Part shown: piece by piece, positions 28,753-38,753 of the stretch | How the letters are laid out: every line of letters starts with the position of its first letter | How positions within the stretch are numbered: position 1 is the stretch's first letter | Assembly (NCBI GenBank): GCA_015060225.1 | Contig: SUYX01000010.1 | Coordinates: 448-64,447, forward strand | DNA from: Bacteroidales bacterium | GTDB lineage: Bacteria > Bacteroidota > Bacteroidia > Bacteroidales > UBA932 | Direction: 5' to 3' | DNA length: 64,000 bases | Position numbers and translations under genes: made by a program | The notes under the pieces: generated by a model | What the model saw: the letters and a program-made list of their open reading frames with translations, nothing else | The model's database searches: none | What the model was told of the DNA's origin: nothing

Positions 28753-29703
28753 ATGAAATACAGAGCTTTTTTCCCCTTTGTGGCATTATGCATAATACTG
28801 TTGGGATGCAATTCCAAGAAGGCTGTTGAACCTATAGATTTTCCGGAGGTGAATCTTCCTGTATATATAAATGACCAAGAGCAGGCTGTAAAGTATATGG
28901 CACAAAATTTTTGGGATAAATTTTTTGCCTTGCCCAAGGAGGAGAGCAAAGCCTCCAATACAGTACATGGTGTTGATTCAATCTCATTTGAAAAGTCTTT
29001 TGGTACATATGCCAGGATTCTGACATTAACCGGGAAGACTTTGGCAGACAAATCAGTAACAGAACTCTTTGAAAATCTCGATTCTTTGGCAACCGAAGGT
29101 GAAAGGAGGCCCCTTCTTGCAGTTATGGAGCTTATGGAACACTATTTCTATAACCCTGTTTCTCCAGTACTGGATGAAGAGATATATTTGAGTGCATTGG
29201 GAGGTATCCTTAGGGCAGAGTCACTTACTGAACTGGAAAAAATGCAGTATGAGTACCAATATAAGATATGTGCAATGAACAGGGAGGGAACGCCCGCTGC
29301 AGACTTCAAGTACCGGGAGCTGCTTCCCGACGGCAAGTTCAGGGAGAGGAACCTTTATGACATAAAAGGGGAATACACCCTAATCTTCTTCAATAATCCC
29401 GATTGCGGGTCCTGTGCGGAGATTCTGGAAGTAATAAAGGATTCTCCTCTGGTTGGCCTTATACAAAAAGGGGAACTGAAAGTGCTTGCAATGTATATTG
29501 ATGAAGATCTTTCTGCCTGGAGAAACAACAGGGAAAAATACCCTAAAGAGTGGATTTATGCCTATGACGGGCAACTGATATTGAGGGATAATGGTATATA
29601 CGGGCTCAGGGCTATCCCCAGCCTCTACCTTCTGGATAAAGAAAAACGGGTGATCCTTAAAGATGCACCCGTTGACAGGATCATTTCTTATTTTATACTA
29701 TAA
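28753..29703 (+). CDS. Lipoprotein with a DUF5106-like N-terminal domain and a TlpA-like thioredoxin domain
   Basis: Lipobox ILLGC and thioredoxin-fold motif FFNNPDCGSCAE (CxxC). Confidence 0.6.
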   Translation: MKYRAFFPFVALCIILLGCNSKKAVEPIDFPEVNLPVYINDQEQAVKYMAQNFWDKFFALPKEESKASNTVHGVDSISFEKSFGTYARILTLTGKTLADKSVTELFENLDSLATEGERRPLLAVMELMEHYFYNPVSPVLDEEIYLSALGGILRAESLTELEKMQYEYQYKICAMNREGTPAADFKYRELLPDGKFRERNLYDIKGEYTLIFFNNPDCGSCAEILEVIKDSPLVGLIQKGELKVLAMYIDEDLSAWRNNREKYPKEWIYAYDGQLILRDNGIYGLRAIPSLYLLDKEKRVILKDAPVDRIISYFIL

Positions 29704-29705
29704 CA

Positions 29706-31400
29706 CTATTTGATTTCCATAATGGCTTCGGAGATGTTTATCATAAAGTCTCCTACATGCTCGCATTCGTTTACAAGGTCCATATAGTAAACACCTGTAA
29801 GGTAATTGTATGTCTTGTTCTCAAGATTGAGCAGGTGCTCTTCCTTAAGGTTGTTGCGGTACTCATTTATGTCAGTCTCAATATCCTGGGCATTTGCAAT
29901 GTCATTAATCTGTGTATAACCTTTCTTGAGGTTGTATATCATTGCGTCAAAGCCTCTTTCAAGAAGTTCAGCCATATAATTGAGTTTCTTTATCATCTGT
30001 TCATCAAACTTCATGTTGTGGATATTCCTGCGCTGAAGTATGCGGGCAATGTTGAATCCTGAGTCACCTACACTCTCCAGCTCACTTATGATCTTGTACA
30101 TGGCCTGAATTCTTCTGCCTGACTCGTCACTTATCACACCCTCCTTAACCTGATCAAGGAATTTTGCAATCTCAAGCTCAATGCGGTCAGTAACCTGCTC
30201 ATAGTGCTCCAATTTCTTGTAGAGTGCATCAAACTTTTCAGGATCTGTCTCATTTATAGCACTCTTGGCATATACATATTGTCTGCGGCATATGTCTGCG
30301 TAGTGTACAATCTCCTCCTTAGCCTGGTTGAGTGAAAGCTCAGATGTGCTTAGCATACCGCCATGTATATATTGGAGACGGAATACCTCATCATCATTCT
30401 TGCTCTTTATTATTTTTGTAACCAAAGCAGCAATCTGGTTGGTGAACCATACAAGGACAAGTGCGTTGCATACATTGAACAATGTGTGTACCATAGATAT
30501 TGCGTACAATGTTGAATTTGGTGATGCTCCTGCAACCATAGGATTGTCAAGCCCAATAGCCATAATTATTTTTGAAACTAAGGTGAGGAACGGGTGGAAC
30601 AGTGCAAGAACCCAGATTACACCAAATATATTGAATACAGAGTGGGCCATGGCCGCCCTTCTTGCAGAAACATTTGCCACTGATGCTGCAATATTTGCTG
30701 TAATGGTTGTTCCAATGTTTTCACCAAGAACCATTGCTGCACCCATCTCAAATGGAATCCATCCGTTATTGCACATTACCAGAGTAAGGGCCATGGTGGC
30801 ACTTGATGACTGAAGTACTATAGTGAGTATTGTTCCAATTCCAACAAACATAAGTATTGAGCCGAAACCATAATTGGTCCACTGCTGCAGGAATGCAAGC
30901 ACCTCAGGTGAGCTTTGAAGGTCCGGAACAGATTCCTTAAGGAAACTCAATCCAAGGAACAGGAGCGCAAAACCTATGATTAGCTCTCCAATGGATTTCT
31001 TCTTGTTTGCCTTACACATCATGAATGCAAAGCCGAATCCTATGAGAGGAATTGCAAGAATTGCTATATCTGCCTTGAACCCGAGCAGAGAAATAAGCCA
31101 TGCAGTAAAGGTGGTACCGATATTGGCACCCATAATCACACCTATGGACTGTACCAGAGAGAGCAAGCCGGCATTTACAAAACTCACTACCATAACTGTA
31201 GTGGCGCTGGAGGATTGGATTACCGCGGTAACAAAAAGACCTGTCAGAATTCTTGAAACAGAATTGGAGGTCATTGCAGCCAGAATATTCCTCAATTTGT
31301 CACCGGCAACTTTCTGAAGTGCTTCACTCATTAGGGTCATTCCATAGAGGAAAAGGCCCAGGGATCCAAGTAGAGTTAAAATGTTAAAAATGGTGTCCAT
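29706..31400 (-). CDS. Na/Pi cotransporter family protein with a PhoU-like C-terminal domain
   Basis: 564 aa with LGLFLYGMTLMSEALQ and duplicated QSSSAT(T/M) motifs. The C-terminal helical region is PhoU-like. Confidence 0.85.
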   Translation of the reverse strand: MDTIFNILTLLGSLGLFLYGMTLMSEALQKVAGDKLRNILAAMTSNSVSRILTGLFVTAVIQSSSATTVMVVSFVNAGLLSLVQSIGVIMGANIGTTFTAWLISLLGFKADIAILAIPLIGFGFAFMMCKANKKKSIGELIIGFALLFLGLSFLKESVPDLQSSPEVLAFLQQWTNYGFGSILMFVGIGTILTIVLQSSSATMALTLVMCNNGWIPFEMGAAMVLGENIGTTITANIAASVANVSARRAAMAHSVFNIFGVIWVLALFHPFLTLVSKIIMAIGLDNPMVAGASPNSTLYAISMVHTLFNVCNALVLVWFTNQIAALVTKIIKSKNDDEVFRLQYIHGGMLSTSELSLNQAKEEIVHYADICRRQYVYAKSAINETDPEKFDALYKKLEHYEQVTDRIELEIAKFLDQVKEGVISDESGRRIQAMYKIISELESVGDSGFNIARILQRRNIHNMKFDEQMIKKLNYMAELLERGFDAMIYNLKKGYTQINDIANAQDIETDINEYRNNLKEEHLLNLENKTYNYLTGVYYMDLVNECEHVGDFMINISEAIMEIK

Positions 31401-31425
31401 TTAAGTATAATTTTATTTCGTAACA

Positions 31426-31433
31426 CAAATATA
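31426..31433 (-). promoter_or_regulatory. -7 box TATATTTG for the Na/Pi cotransporter gene
   Basis: The minus strand reads TATATTTG about 26 nt upstream of the ATG. Confidence 0.35.
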
Positions 31434-31522
31434 CTTCAAAAAGTGCTGACTTGAAAAAAGATTAAAATAATTATTAACTTCGCAACAATTACTTAACAAT
31501 TTTATCAATTAAAAGTATCCTC

Positions 31523-34465
31523 ATGAGATTTTCCGGTATAGTTTCAACCCTATTCATACTGTTGTATATGTGCGTACCGGGTATGATTCGGGCCCAGTTT
31601 GTCCCAAGTGGAGGGATGCCGCATAGGATAAAATGGATGGAGGTACAGGGTGAAACATACAAAGTGGTATATCCGCAGGGAATGGATTCCCTGGCGAAGA
31701 GGTATCTGTGGCTGCTGGAGGAGAACAGGGGGGCAGTGATGTCAGGTTTGGGGGGAATCAGGCCAGCAAAGGTTCCGGTTGTCCTTTACAATACCACTGT
31801 CAGGAGTAACGGAACTGTAGTATGGGCTCCAAAAAGGATGGAACTCTTTACAATTCCGGCTGCAAACTCCTATGCGCAGAGGTGGGATGAGCAGTTGGCT
31901 GTGCATGAATCACGTCATGTAGGACAGATGACCCATTTTACAAAGGGGGTATACAAATTAGGATCAATATTCATAGGGCAGCAGGCGCCCTCTTTAGGTG
32001 TTGGCATATATCCTTCCCGATGGATGCTTGAAGGGGATGCAGTTGTGGCGGAGACAGAACTTTCCAATGGAGGAAGGGGTAGGAGTGCCGGGTTCCTGGA
32101 GTATTACAGGGCATCTTTCCTGGAGGGGGACAACAGGAGCTGGACGAGATGGAAACTTGGGTCATACAGGTATTATACGCCGGACATATATGCGCTCGGA
32201 TATCTTACAAACAGCACCATAAGGTTCAAGACCGGGAATTACGGGTATGCCGGGGAAGTGTTTGAAGGATTGGTGAAGAACTTTTATACCCCTTTTGCCA
32301 GGGATGTGAGCTATATTCCTGTGGTTGGGGATGTTCCACGCAGATATTTCAGGAAGGGAAGGGAGATGATGACCAGCTATTGGAAGGAGGAACTTCCAAA
32401 AAGGGGAATCCACACATGCCCTCATGAGGTGGTAAAGGAAAAAGGGAAGAATTATCGGGAATATCTCTCTCCTGTAGTGGTGGGGAGGGACAGCATACTT
32501 TATCTCAAACACTCATATGATGAACCTGCCGCATTGGTATTGGTTGCCGGCGGCAAGGAGCGGTATGTAAGGGCATTTGCGGCAAATGTGGAGATTATAA
32601 GGGGGGCGGGGGAGAAGATTTTTTTTGTGGAGCAGGTGCGTGACCGCCGGTGGAGCAATGCTGTATATGGCAACCTGTATTCATGCAACTGGAAGAGCGG
32701 AAAGATGGAGATGTTGCAGGGGGAAAAATTTTATGGATCTCTCCAGATAGATGAAACAGGGGAGAAGCTGGCGGTAGTGGAGTATCATCCCCAAGGAGGA
32801 ACCTCCCTTTCAATTATTGATTCCCGTACAGGAGAGGTATCGGATATTATAGATGCTCCCGATAACGGTGAGATTACATCCGGTGCATGGGTATCGGACA
32901 AGCTGTATGCATCTGTAGTAACAGACAGTGGGCTTGGAATATTTGAATTGGAGGATGACCGTTGGAAGTGTATCCTGCAGGAACAATCTGCATCAATTGA
33001 ACAGATGCAAGGCTCCGGTGATTTCCTCTATTTCATTTCAGATATGGATGGAGTAAGGAATGTATATGCCTATTATCCTGCAGAGCAGAAGCTGGCAAGG
33101 CTTACAAATTCACTTTATGGTGCCAGCAGTCCGCATATTCATGGTGGGGAACTCCATTATTCTTCATTGGAGCCTGGCGGCAGGTTTCCGGTGAAGATTG
33201 CACTGGACAGCATAAAGGATTGCGGTTCGCAGTTTACCCCATGGGTAGAGGACGGCGTATTGCATGGACAATACAGGTATTTTGTGGCTGACACCCTTAC
33301 AGCTCAGGCAAAAAGGGCTTTAAAAAAGAACGGTATGATTGCAACGGAGGAGGAGATTGGACTCAGGGGAGGAACTTCAATAGTAAAATATTCCCGTAGC
33401 GAGGAGGAGTTTGCAGCAATGGTGAAACCAAAGAGATACAGCAGGTCAGCCCATATGTTCAGGTTCCATTCATGGGCCCCCTTCTATTATGATGTAGAGA
33501 GGATTATGGAGTCTGATTACGATAATCTTCATCAGGTGCTGTCATTGGGTGCAACCGCATATTCCCAGAATACTTTGGGCACTGCAGTCACCATGTTGGG
33601 CTATTCCCACAGGGAGGGGCTGGATGCCGCCCATGTAAAGATGAAATATACAGGTTGGTACCCTTCCCTGCAGTTTTCTGCAGATGTGAATGATGATTAC
33701 CGATATGGTGTGAAGATAGAGAGGGAGGGTAACAAGGTAAAGAGCAGTGTTGAAAAGCTCTCTTCCCCATTGGTGGAACTTTCCGCTATGGCCTATATCC
33801 CTCTGGATTTCTCTTCTCACGGGTGGAACCGGGCTATTGTTCCCCAATTGGAGTGGGATTTCAGCAACAACGGATATTATGATACATCCCATGCCGATTA
33901 CATATATTCCAATACCCTCACCGCCTCCATGCAGTTTTATGTGATGAGGGAATACGCCCGTTCCGGCATTTTTCCAAAATGGGGTATCGGAGGTGCCGCC
34001 AGATGGCGTACTGCCATTGACGGGGGTGAGAACTTCGGCAATATGGCATCGGCAAACATCTATGGATATCTCCCGGGAGTGGCACCTTCCCACGGCATCA
34101 AGCTTTCATTCAGCATGCAGAGGCAGAATGTGGGGGGAAAGAATTACTTCATGTCCAATATGGTGAACATGCCAAGGGGATATGATGATCTGTATGGGGA
34201 GGATTATCTTTTATGTACAGCTGATTATGCACTTCCAGTGTATCTTGGGGATATCAATGTAATAAGGCTTGTCTATCTGAAGAGACTGCAGCTGATACCG
34301 TTTGCGGATTTTGCAGTTGTGGACTCAAGGAGGCTGCACTCTTATGGAACAGCGGTAATGGTGGATTTTGTCCCTTTTACAACGGGACTTGAGCTCAGTT
34401 TGGGTGTAAGGTATTCTGTGAACATGAAAAGTGCACAGGTGATTCTCTCCACTTCTCTCTTTTAG
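31523..34465 (+). CDS. Large secreted or outer-membrane protein with an HExxH motif, propeller-like repeats and an Omp85-like C-terminal barrel signature; function unknown
   Basis: 980 aa with signal peptide ...GMIRAQ. HESRH lies at residues 128-132 (nt 31904-31918). The central region has repeated short beta-strand/Gly motifs reminiscent of TolB-like propellers. The C-terminus has alternating hydrophobic strands and ends with F (..VILSTSLF). The ORF is solid; the domain calls are tentative. Confidence 0.5.
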   Translation: MRFSGIVSTLFILLYMCVPGMIRAQFVPSGGMPHRIKWMEVQGETYKVVYPQGMDSLAKRYLWLLEENRGAVMSGLGGIRPAKVPVVLYNTTVRSNGTVVWAPKRMELFTIPAANSYAQRWDEQLAVHESRHVGQMTHFTKGVYKLGSIFIGQQAPSLGVGIYPSRWMLEGDAVVAETELSNGGRGRSAGFLEYYRASFLEGDNRSWTRWKLGSYRYYTPDIYALGYLTNSTIRFKTGNYGYAGEVFEGLVKNFYTPFARDVSYIPVVGDVPRRYFRKGREMMTSYWKEELPKRGIHTCPHEVVKEKGKNYREYLSPVVVGRDSILYLKHSYDEPAALVLVAGGKERYVRAFAANVEIIRGAGEKIFFVEQVRDRRWSNAVYGNLYSCNWKSGKMEMLQGEKFYGSLQIDETGEKLAVVEYHPQGGTSLSIIDSRTGEVSDIIDAPDNGEITSGAWVSDKLYASVVTDSGLGIFELEDDRWKCILQEQSASIEQMQGSGDFLYFISDMDGVRNVYAYYPAEQKLARLTNSLYGASSPHIHGGELHYSSLEPGGRFPVKIALDSIKDCGSQFTPWVEDGVLHGQYRYFVADTLTAQAKRALKKNGMIATEEEIGLRGGTSIVKYSRSEEEFAAMVKPKRYSRSAHMFRFHSWAPFYYDVERIMESDYDNLHQVLSLGATAYSQNTLGTAVTMLGYSHREGLDAAHVKMKYTGWYPSLQFSADVNDDYRYGVKIEREGNKVKSSVEKLSSPLVELSAMAYIPLDFSSHGWNRAIVPQLEWDFSNNGYYDTSHADYIYSNTLTASMQFYVMREYARSGIFPKWGIGGAARWRTAIDGGENFGNMASANIYGYLPGVAPSHGIKLSFSMQRQNVGGKNYFMSNMVNMPRGYDDLYGEDYLLCTADYALPVYLGDINVIRLVYLKRLQLIPFADFAVVDSRRLHSYGTAVMVDFVPFTTGLELSLGVRYSVNMKSAQVILSTSLF

Positions 34466-36282
34466 TTTTGTAATGGGTGGAGGGCATCAATTATTAAAGA
34501 TGCCATTTTTCTCCCTACAACAGTTTCAATCTCCTCCCGTGAGGCCTCCCTTATCCTTTTTACACTCTTGAAGTGCTGGAGCAGTTTCTGTTGTGTGGCC
34601 TCTCCAACACCTTTAATGGATGTAAGTGTTGAGGTTATCTGATTCTTTGTCCTCCGGCTCCTGTGATGGGTGATACCAAAACGGTGGGCCTCGTCCCTTA
34701 GGTGCATGAGAAGCTTGAGGGCAGGTGAATTCTTGTCCATGAACATAGGGGTAGGATCGCCCGGTATCATAATCTCTTCAAGTCTCTCGGCTATGCTTAT
34801 CACTTTTACCCTCTCCAGCAGTCCAAGATCCTGCAGTGCATCATATGCAAAGTGGAGCTGTCCCCTCCCTCCGTCAATCAGTACCAGCTGGGGTATCTCT
34901 CCCCCTTCCGCGAGAAGACGTGAATAGCGGCGGTGCACCACTTCATACATTGATGCGTAGTCATTGGCCCCTACCACTGTCTTTATATTGAAGTGGCGGT
35001 AATCCCGTTTGCTCGGCTTGCCGTTCCTGAAGACCACGCAGGCTGCAACGGGATTTGTTCCCTGAGTGTTGGAGTTGTCAAAACACTCTATATGCAGAGG
35101 CATCCTCTCCATCTGCAATGCCTCCTTCAATGCCAGTACAGCACGGTTTTTCCCCTCTTCAGGGTCCTTTATCTCTTCCTGTTTCATTTTTTGGAACATG
35201 AATGCCTTGGCATTTTTGGTACACAGCTCCAGCAGATTCAGTTTGTCCCCCTTGAGAGGAATGTGTATGTTCTTCCCGAAAGAGAGATTGTCGGGGAGGA
35301 AAGGGACAAGTATCTCTTCTGCATAAAGATTCTTCTCTCCTCCAGAACTTTTTCCATTCCCGATAATCTGGTATATCTCCTGGATAAACCTGGTAAGAAC
35401 TGCCTCCTTTTCCTCTTCAATATTGAGCTTGAAATGGAGATTGAGGGCCTGTATGATACATCCTCCGTTCAGGCGGAAGAAGTTGCCGAATGCATTCCCC
35501 TTTTCAAATACAATGGAGAATACATCGGTATCGGTTATGCTCGGGTGTACGATGAGTGACTTGCTGTAATGGTTCTGCAGCAGTTCCACTTTCTCCTTGT
35601 ATTCCTGTGCCTTTTCAAATTCCATCTGTACCGCATATTCCTGCATTGTTTTGCGGTATTCCCTTATCAGGGCACCCGTATTGCCTCTGAGAATCTCCTT
35701 AATATTTGCTATTTGGGAGTCATATTCCTCCTGTGTAATGCATCCCACACAAGGACCGTAACACTTCTTTATGTGTATATTCAGGCAAGGCTTGAATTTT
35801 CCGGCCTCTATAGCCTGTGGAGTGAGGGCAAGCTTGCATGTGCGGAGCTTGTACAGTGAGTTGACAAGATCCAGCAGATGATGGGCATGCTGTACAGAAC
35901 TGTATGGGCCAAAATACTGAGATCCGTCCCTTACAAATCTTCTTGTAAGGAATATTTTTGGGTACGGTTCATTTTTTATGCATATCCATGGGTAGCTTTT
36001 CCCATCCTTGAGCAGGATGTTGTATTTTGGCTGGTATTGTTTGATGAGGTTGTTCTCAAGCAGAAGTGCATCCTGTTCGCTTTCAACCACAGTGTGCTGT
36101 ATATCTGCAATTTTGGAAACCAGCATTCTGGTCTTTGTGGTAAGATTCTCCGGATTGACAAAGTACTGCTGTACCCTTTTACGCAAATTTTTGGCTTTGC
36201 CTATGTATATGATTGTACCTGAAGCGTCAAGAAACCTGTACACTCCCGGTCCGGTTGGCAGTATTGATATCTTCTCTTTCAC
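34462..36282 (-). CDS. uvrC: Excinuclease ABC subunit C
   Basis: 606 aa with a GIY-YIG N-terminus (GVYRFLDASGTIIYIGKAKNLRKRV), a UvrBC domain and a C-terminal (HhH)2. The start codon is GTG. Confidence 0.93.
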   Translation of the reverse strand: MKEKISILPTGPGVYRFLDASGTIIYIGKAKNLRKRVQQYFVNPENLTTKTRMLVSKIADIQHTVVESEQDALLLENNLIKQYQPKYNILLKDGKSYPWICIKNEPYPKIFLTRRFVRDGSQYFGPYSSVQHAHHLLDLVNSLYKLRTCKLALTPQAIEAGKFKPCLNIHIKKCYGPCVGCITQEEYDSQIANIKEILRGNTGALIREYRKTMQEYAVQMEFEKAQEYKEKVELLQNHYSKSLIVHPSITDTDVFSIVFEKGNAFGNFFRLNGGCIIQALNLHFKLNIEEEKEAVLTRFIQEIYQIIGNGKSSGGEKNLYAEEILVPFLPDNLSFGKNIHIPLKGDKLNLLELCTKNAKAFMFQKMKQEEIKDPEEGKNRAVLALKEALQMERMPLHIECFDNSNTQGTNPVAACVVFRNGKPSKRDYRHFNIKTVVGANDYASMYEVVHRRYSRLLAEGGEIPQLVLIDGGRGQLHFAYDALQDLGLLERVKVISIAERLEEIMIPGDPTPMFMDKNSPALKLLMHLRDEAHRFGITHHRSRRTKNQITSTLTSIKGVGEATQQKLLQHFKSVKRIREASREEIETVVGRKMASLIIDALHPLQN

Positions 36283-36301
36283 AAAGTTGCAAAATTTTAT
36301 A

Positions 36302-36309
36302 TATCTTTG
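36302..36309 (+). promoter_or_regulatory. -7 box TATCTTTG for the OlsF-like gene
   Basis: It matches TAnnTTTG and lies 18 nt before the ATG at 36327. Confidence 0.35.
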
Positions 36310-36326
36310 TCTTAATTGTGGTCCTT

Positions 36327-38111
36327 ATGAATACAAAATTAGTCAATAAATCTGAAGTAAAGAACGCCTTAAAGGTAAAAGGGTTTGCAGGGAACCTTCT
36401 GGCTGGAGCGGTAATGAGAGTTCTAGGACTCCATAAACTCAATGGAATATACAAATATATAGGTGAATATCAGGGTATTGACTTTGCGGACAAGCTCATT
36501 GAACATTTGGATGTAACTTGTGACTACATTCCGCAGGAGTTGGACTATCTTCCAAAGGAGGGCCCTTTCATCATTGTATCAAACCACCCTTTTGGGGCAA
36601 TTGACGGTGTAATTATGCTCAGCATTCTGGGCAAGAAGAGGCCGGACATAAAGATTCTGACCAATTTCATATTGTCATATATCCGTAACCTGGAGGGATA
36701 TTTCCTGCCGGTCAATCCCTTTACAGACAGGCCCGGAATGAAAAGCAGCCTCAAAGGGTTGAAAATGGCAAAGGAACATCTCGCAGCCGGTGGTGTTCTG
36801 GGGTTGTTCCCGTCGGGAGAAGTCTCCTCAAATGCCAACAAGGAGGGTGTTGTGAAGGATATCGCATGGCAAGATTCAATAATCAAGCTTATAAAGGGAG
36901 CGGAAGTGCCGGTTGTGCCAATTTATTTTGATGGTGGCAATTCGAGACTTTTCCATCTTATGGGTAAGGTCAATCCGTATCTGCGGACTGCAAGACTTCC
37001 CCGTGAGCTGATCAACAAGAGGGGGCGTACCATTTCATTCAGGATAGGCAAACCTATGCAACCTGCAGAGTTTGAGGAATATGTGGATATCCCAACCTTG
37101 GGAAGGTATTTGTGGAACAGGTCATATGCCCTGGAACCCAATGTAATATCGTCAGAAGTGCAGAAAGTTACGGCTGCCGTACAGGAAGAAGTTGCACCTC
37201 ATGAGGATACAGGGAAGTTATGTGTGGAGATAGATTCCCTCAAGGATAAAAAATTGTTTGAAGTGGGCAATTATGAGTGTTATCTGGCGGATGCCGTGGA
37301 TATTCCCCATATGATGCAGGAGATAGCCCGCAGTAGGGAAGAGACCTTCAGGGCTGTGGGTGAGGGTACCAACAGGAGTTCAGATTCAGACAAATATGAC
37401 ACTTATTACAAGCACCTTATATTGTGGGATAAAGTGCAGAAGACCTTTGTAGGTGCATACAGGCTGGGGATGGGTAGTGAGATCATAAACAAATACGGAA
37501 TAGACGGGTTCTATACAAGCACCCTTTTCGGCTATAAAGACGGATTCAGGCCTCATCTCAAGAAGACCATGGAACTGGGCCGTTCATTTGTGGTGCCTGC
37601 ATACCAGAAAGACCCGTTGGCACTGATGCTTCTGATAAAGGGGTTGATGTATGTTGTAATAAAGGAACCAAGTGTGAGGTACCTTATAGGTCCTGTGAGT
37701 ATAAGTGCATGGTATCCATATTTCTACAGGAGTCTCATGGTGCATTATCTGCAGAAGAAACAGTCAATTCCTGAACTTGAGGAGTTCATTTCCCCAAAAA
37801 AACCTTTCAAGGCAGATTTCTGCAGGGTTAATCCCGATGATCTGGTTGTGGGCAAGATGGATTCACTGGAGAGGTTTGACCGTTTCATGTTCCGTCTGAG
37901 CAACGGTGCATACAGGCTTCCTACTCTCCTTAAAAAGTACATAAAGCTCAATGCCAGAATACTTGCCTTTAATGTGGATCCCGATTTCAACTATTGTGTG
38001 GACGGTCTCATTATGCTTGATGTTATGGATGTCCCTAAACAGGAAATAGATGCCTTGTCAAAGGAATTTGATGACAAGGAGATGGTTTACAGGCGTTTCG
38101 GCTTGGAGTAA
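36327..38111 (+). CDS. Bifunctional OlsF-like acyltransferase with an N-terminal lysophospholipid acyltransferase domain and a C-terminal OlsB/GNAT-like N-acyltransferase domain
   Basis: 594 aa from the ATG at 36327; the TTG at 36213 would overlap uvrC. It has HX4D motif NHPFGAIDG and FPSGEV in the N-terminal half, and a hemolysin-like GNAT region (AYRLGMG...LGRSFV) in the C-terminal half. Confidence 0.65.
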   Translation: MNTKLVNKSEVKNALKVKGFAGNLLAGAVMRVLGLHKLNGIYKYIGEYQGIDFADKLIEHLDVTCDYIPQELDYLPKEGPFIIVSNHPFGAIDGVIMLSILGKKRPDIKILTNFILSYIRNLEGYFLPVNPFTDRPGMKSSLKGLKMAKEHLAAGGVLGLFPSGEVSSNANKEGVVKDIAWQDSIIKLIKGAEVPVVPIYFDGGNSRLFHLMGKVNPYLRTARLPRELINKRGRTISFRIGKPMQPAEFEEYVDIPTLGRYLWNRSYALEPNVISSEVQKVTAAVQEEVAPHEDTGKLCVEIDSLKDKKLFEVGNYECYLADAVDIPHMMQEIARSREETFRAVGEGTNRSSDSDKYDTYYKHLILWDKVQKTFVGAYRLGMGSEIINKYGIDGFYTSTLFGYKDGFRPHLKKTMELGRSFVVPAYQKDPLALMLLIKGLMYVVIKEPSVRYLIGPVSISAWYPYFYRSLMVHYLQKKQSIPELEEFISPKKPFKADFCRVNPDDLVVGKMDSLERFDRFMFRLSNGAYRLPTLLKKYIKLNARILAFNVDPDFNYCVDGLIMLDVMDVPKQEIDALSKEFDDKEMVYRRFGLE

Positions 38112-38116
38112 TCAAT

Positions 38117-38356
38117 TTAAGGAACAGGATCATATCCGCTCCCGCCCCAAGGGTGGCAGCGCAGGAGTCTCTTTACTGAAAGATAAAGCCCTTTTATAGG
38201 GCCGTGTTTGCGCAGAGCCTCTATTGCATAGGCAGAGCATGTTGGTGTAAATCTGCAGCTTGCAGGTTTGAGAGGAGATATGCATATCTGGTAGAATCTT
38301 ACCAGAATTATGAGTGGGAATGACAAGATCCTTTTAAGACTCCTTTTCGGTTCCAT
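38117..38356 (-). CDS. yidD: Membrane protein insertion efficiency factor YidD
   Basis: [36 protein letters not shown] is canonical YidD. The ATG at 38356 is preferred to the GTG at 38368. Confidence 0.87.
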   Translation of the reverse strand: MEPKRSLKRILSFPLIILVRFYQICISPLKPASCRFTPTCSAYAIEALRKHGPIKGLYLSVKRLLRCHPWGGSGYDPVP

Positions 38357-38747
38357 TTTGTTTCTCACTCTTGGTTTTTCCTTGCTGTATGAGCAACAGA
38401 GCCTCTTTCAGATGCTCTTCAATGTAGCTGTATTCTTTGATATCCCTGGATATATAGACAAAAAGGATATTGAAACTGCACCCTTGGGTTGCAGCCAATA
38501 TCCCTTTGTTAAGTCTGTAGCACTCCCTGATTCTCCTTTTGAGGAGATTCCTCTTTACAGCTCTCTTGAAGTTCCTTTTGGGAACAGAAACAATAATGGC
38601 ATTGGGCCTTTCCTGCCGGCTTGCAGAAGTGACTTTTTCATACACTACCTTAAAAGGGTAGTGGAAAAAGGTCTCCCCATTCTTCATCAGGGACTGTATT
38701 TCCCTGAATGAGCACAAGCGCTCGCTTTTTGTAAAAGAGGCAGACAT
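38334..38747 (-). CDS. rnpA: RNase P protein component
   Basis: 137 aa with the RNR-like basic motif [15 protein letters not shown]. Its 3' end overlaps yidD. Confidence 0.85.
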   Translation of the reverse strand: MSASFTKSERLCSFREIQSLMKNGETFFHYPFKVVYEKVTSASRQERPNAIIVSVPKRNFKRAVKRNLLKRRIRECYRLNKGILAATQGCSFNILFVYISRDIKEYSYIEEHLKEALLLIQQGKTKSEKQNGTEKES

Positions 38748-38753
38748 AATTGT

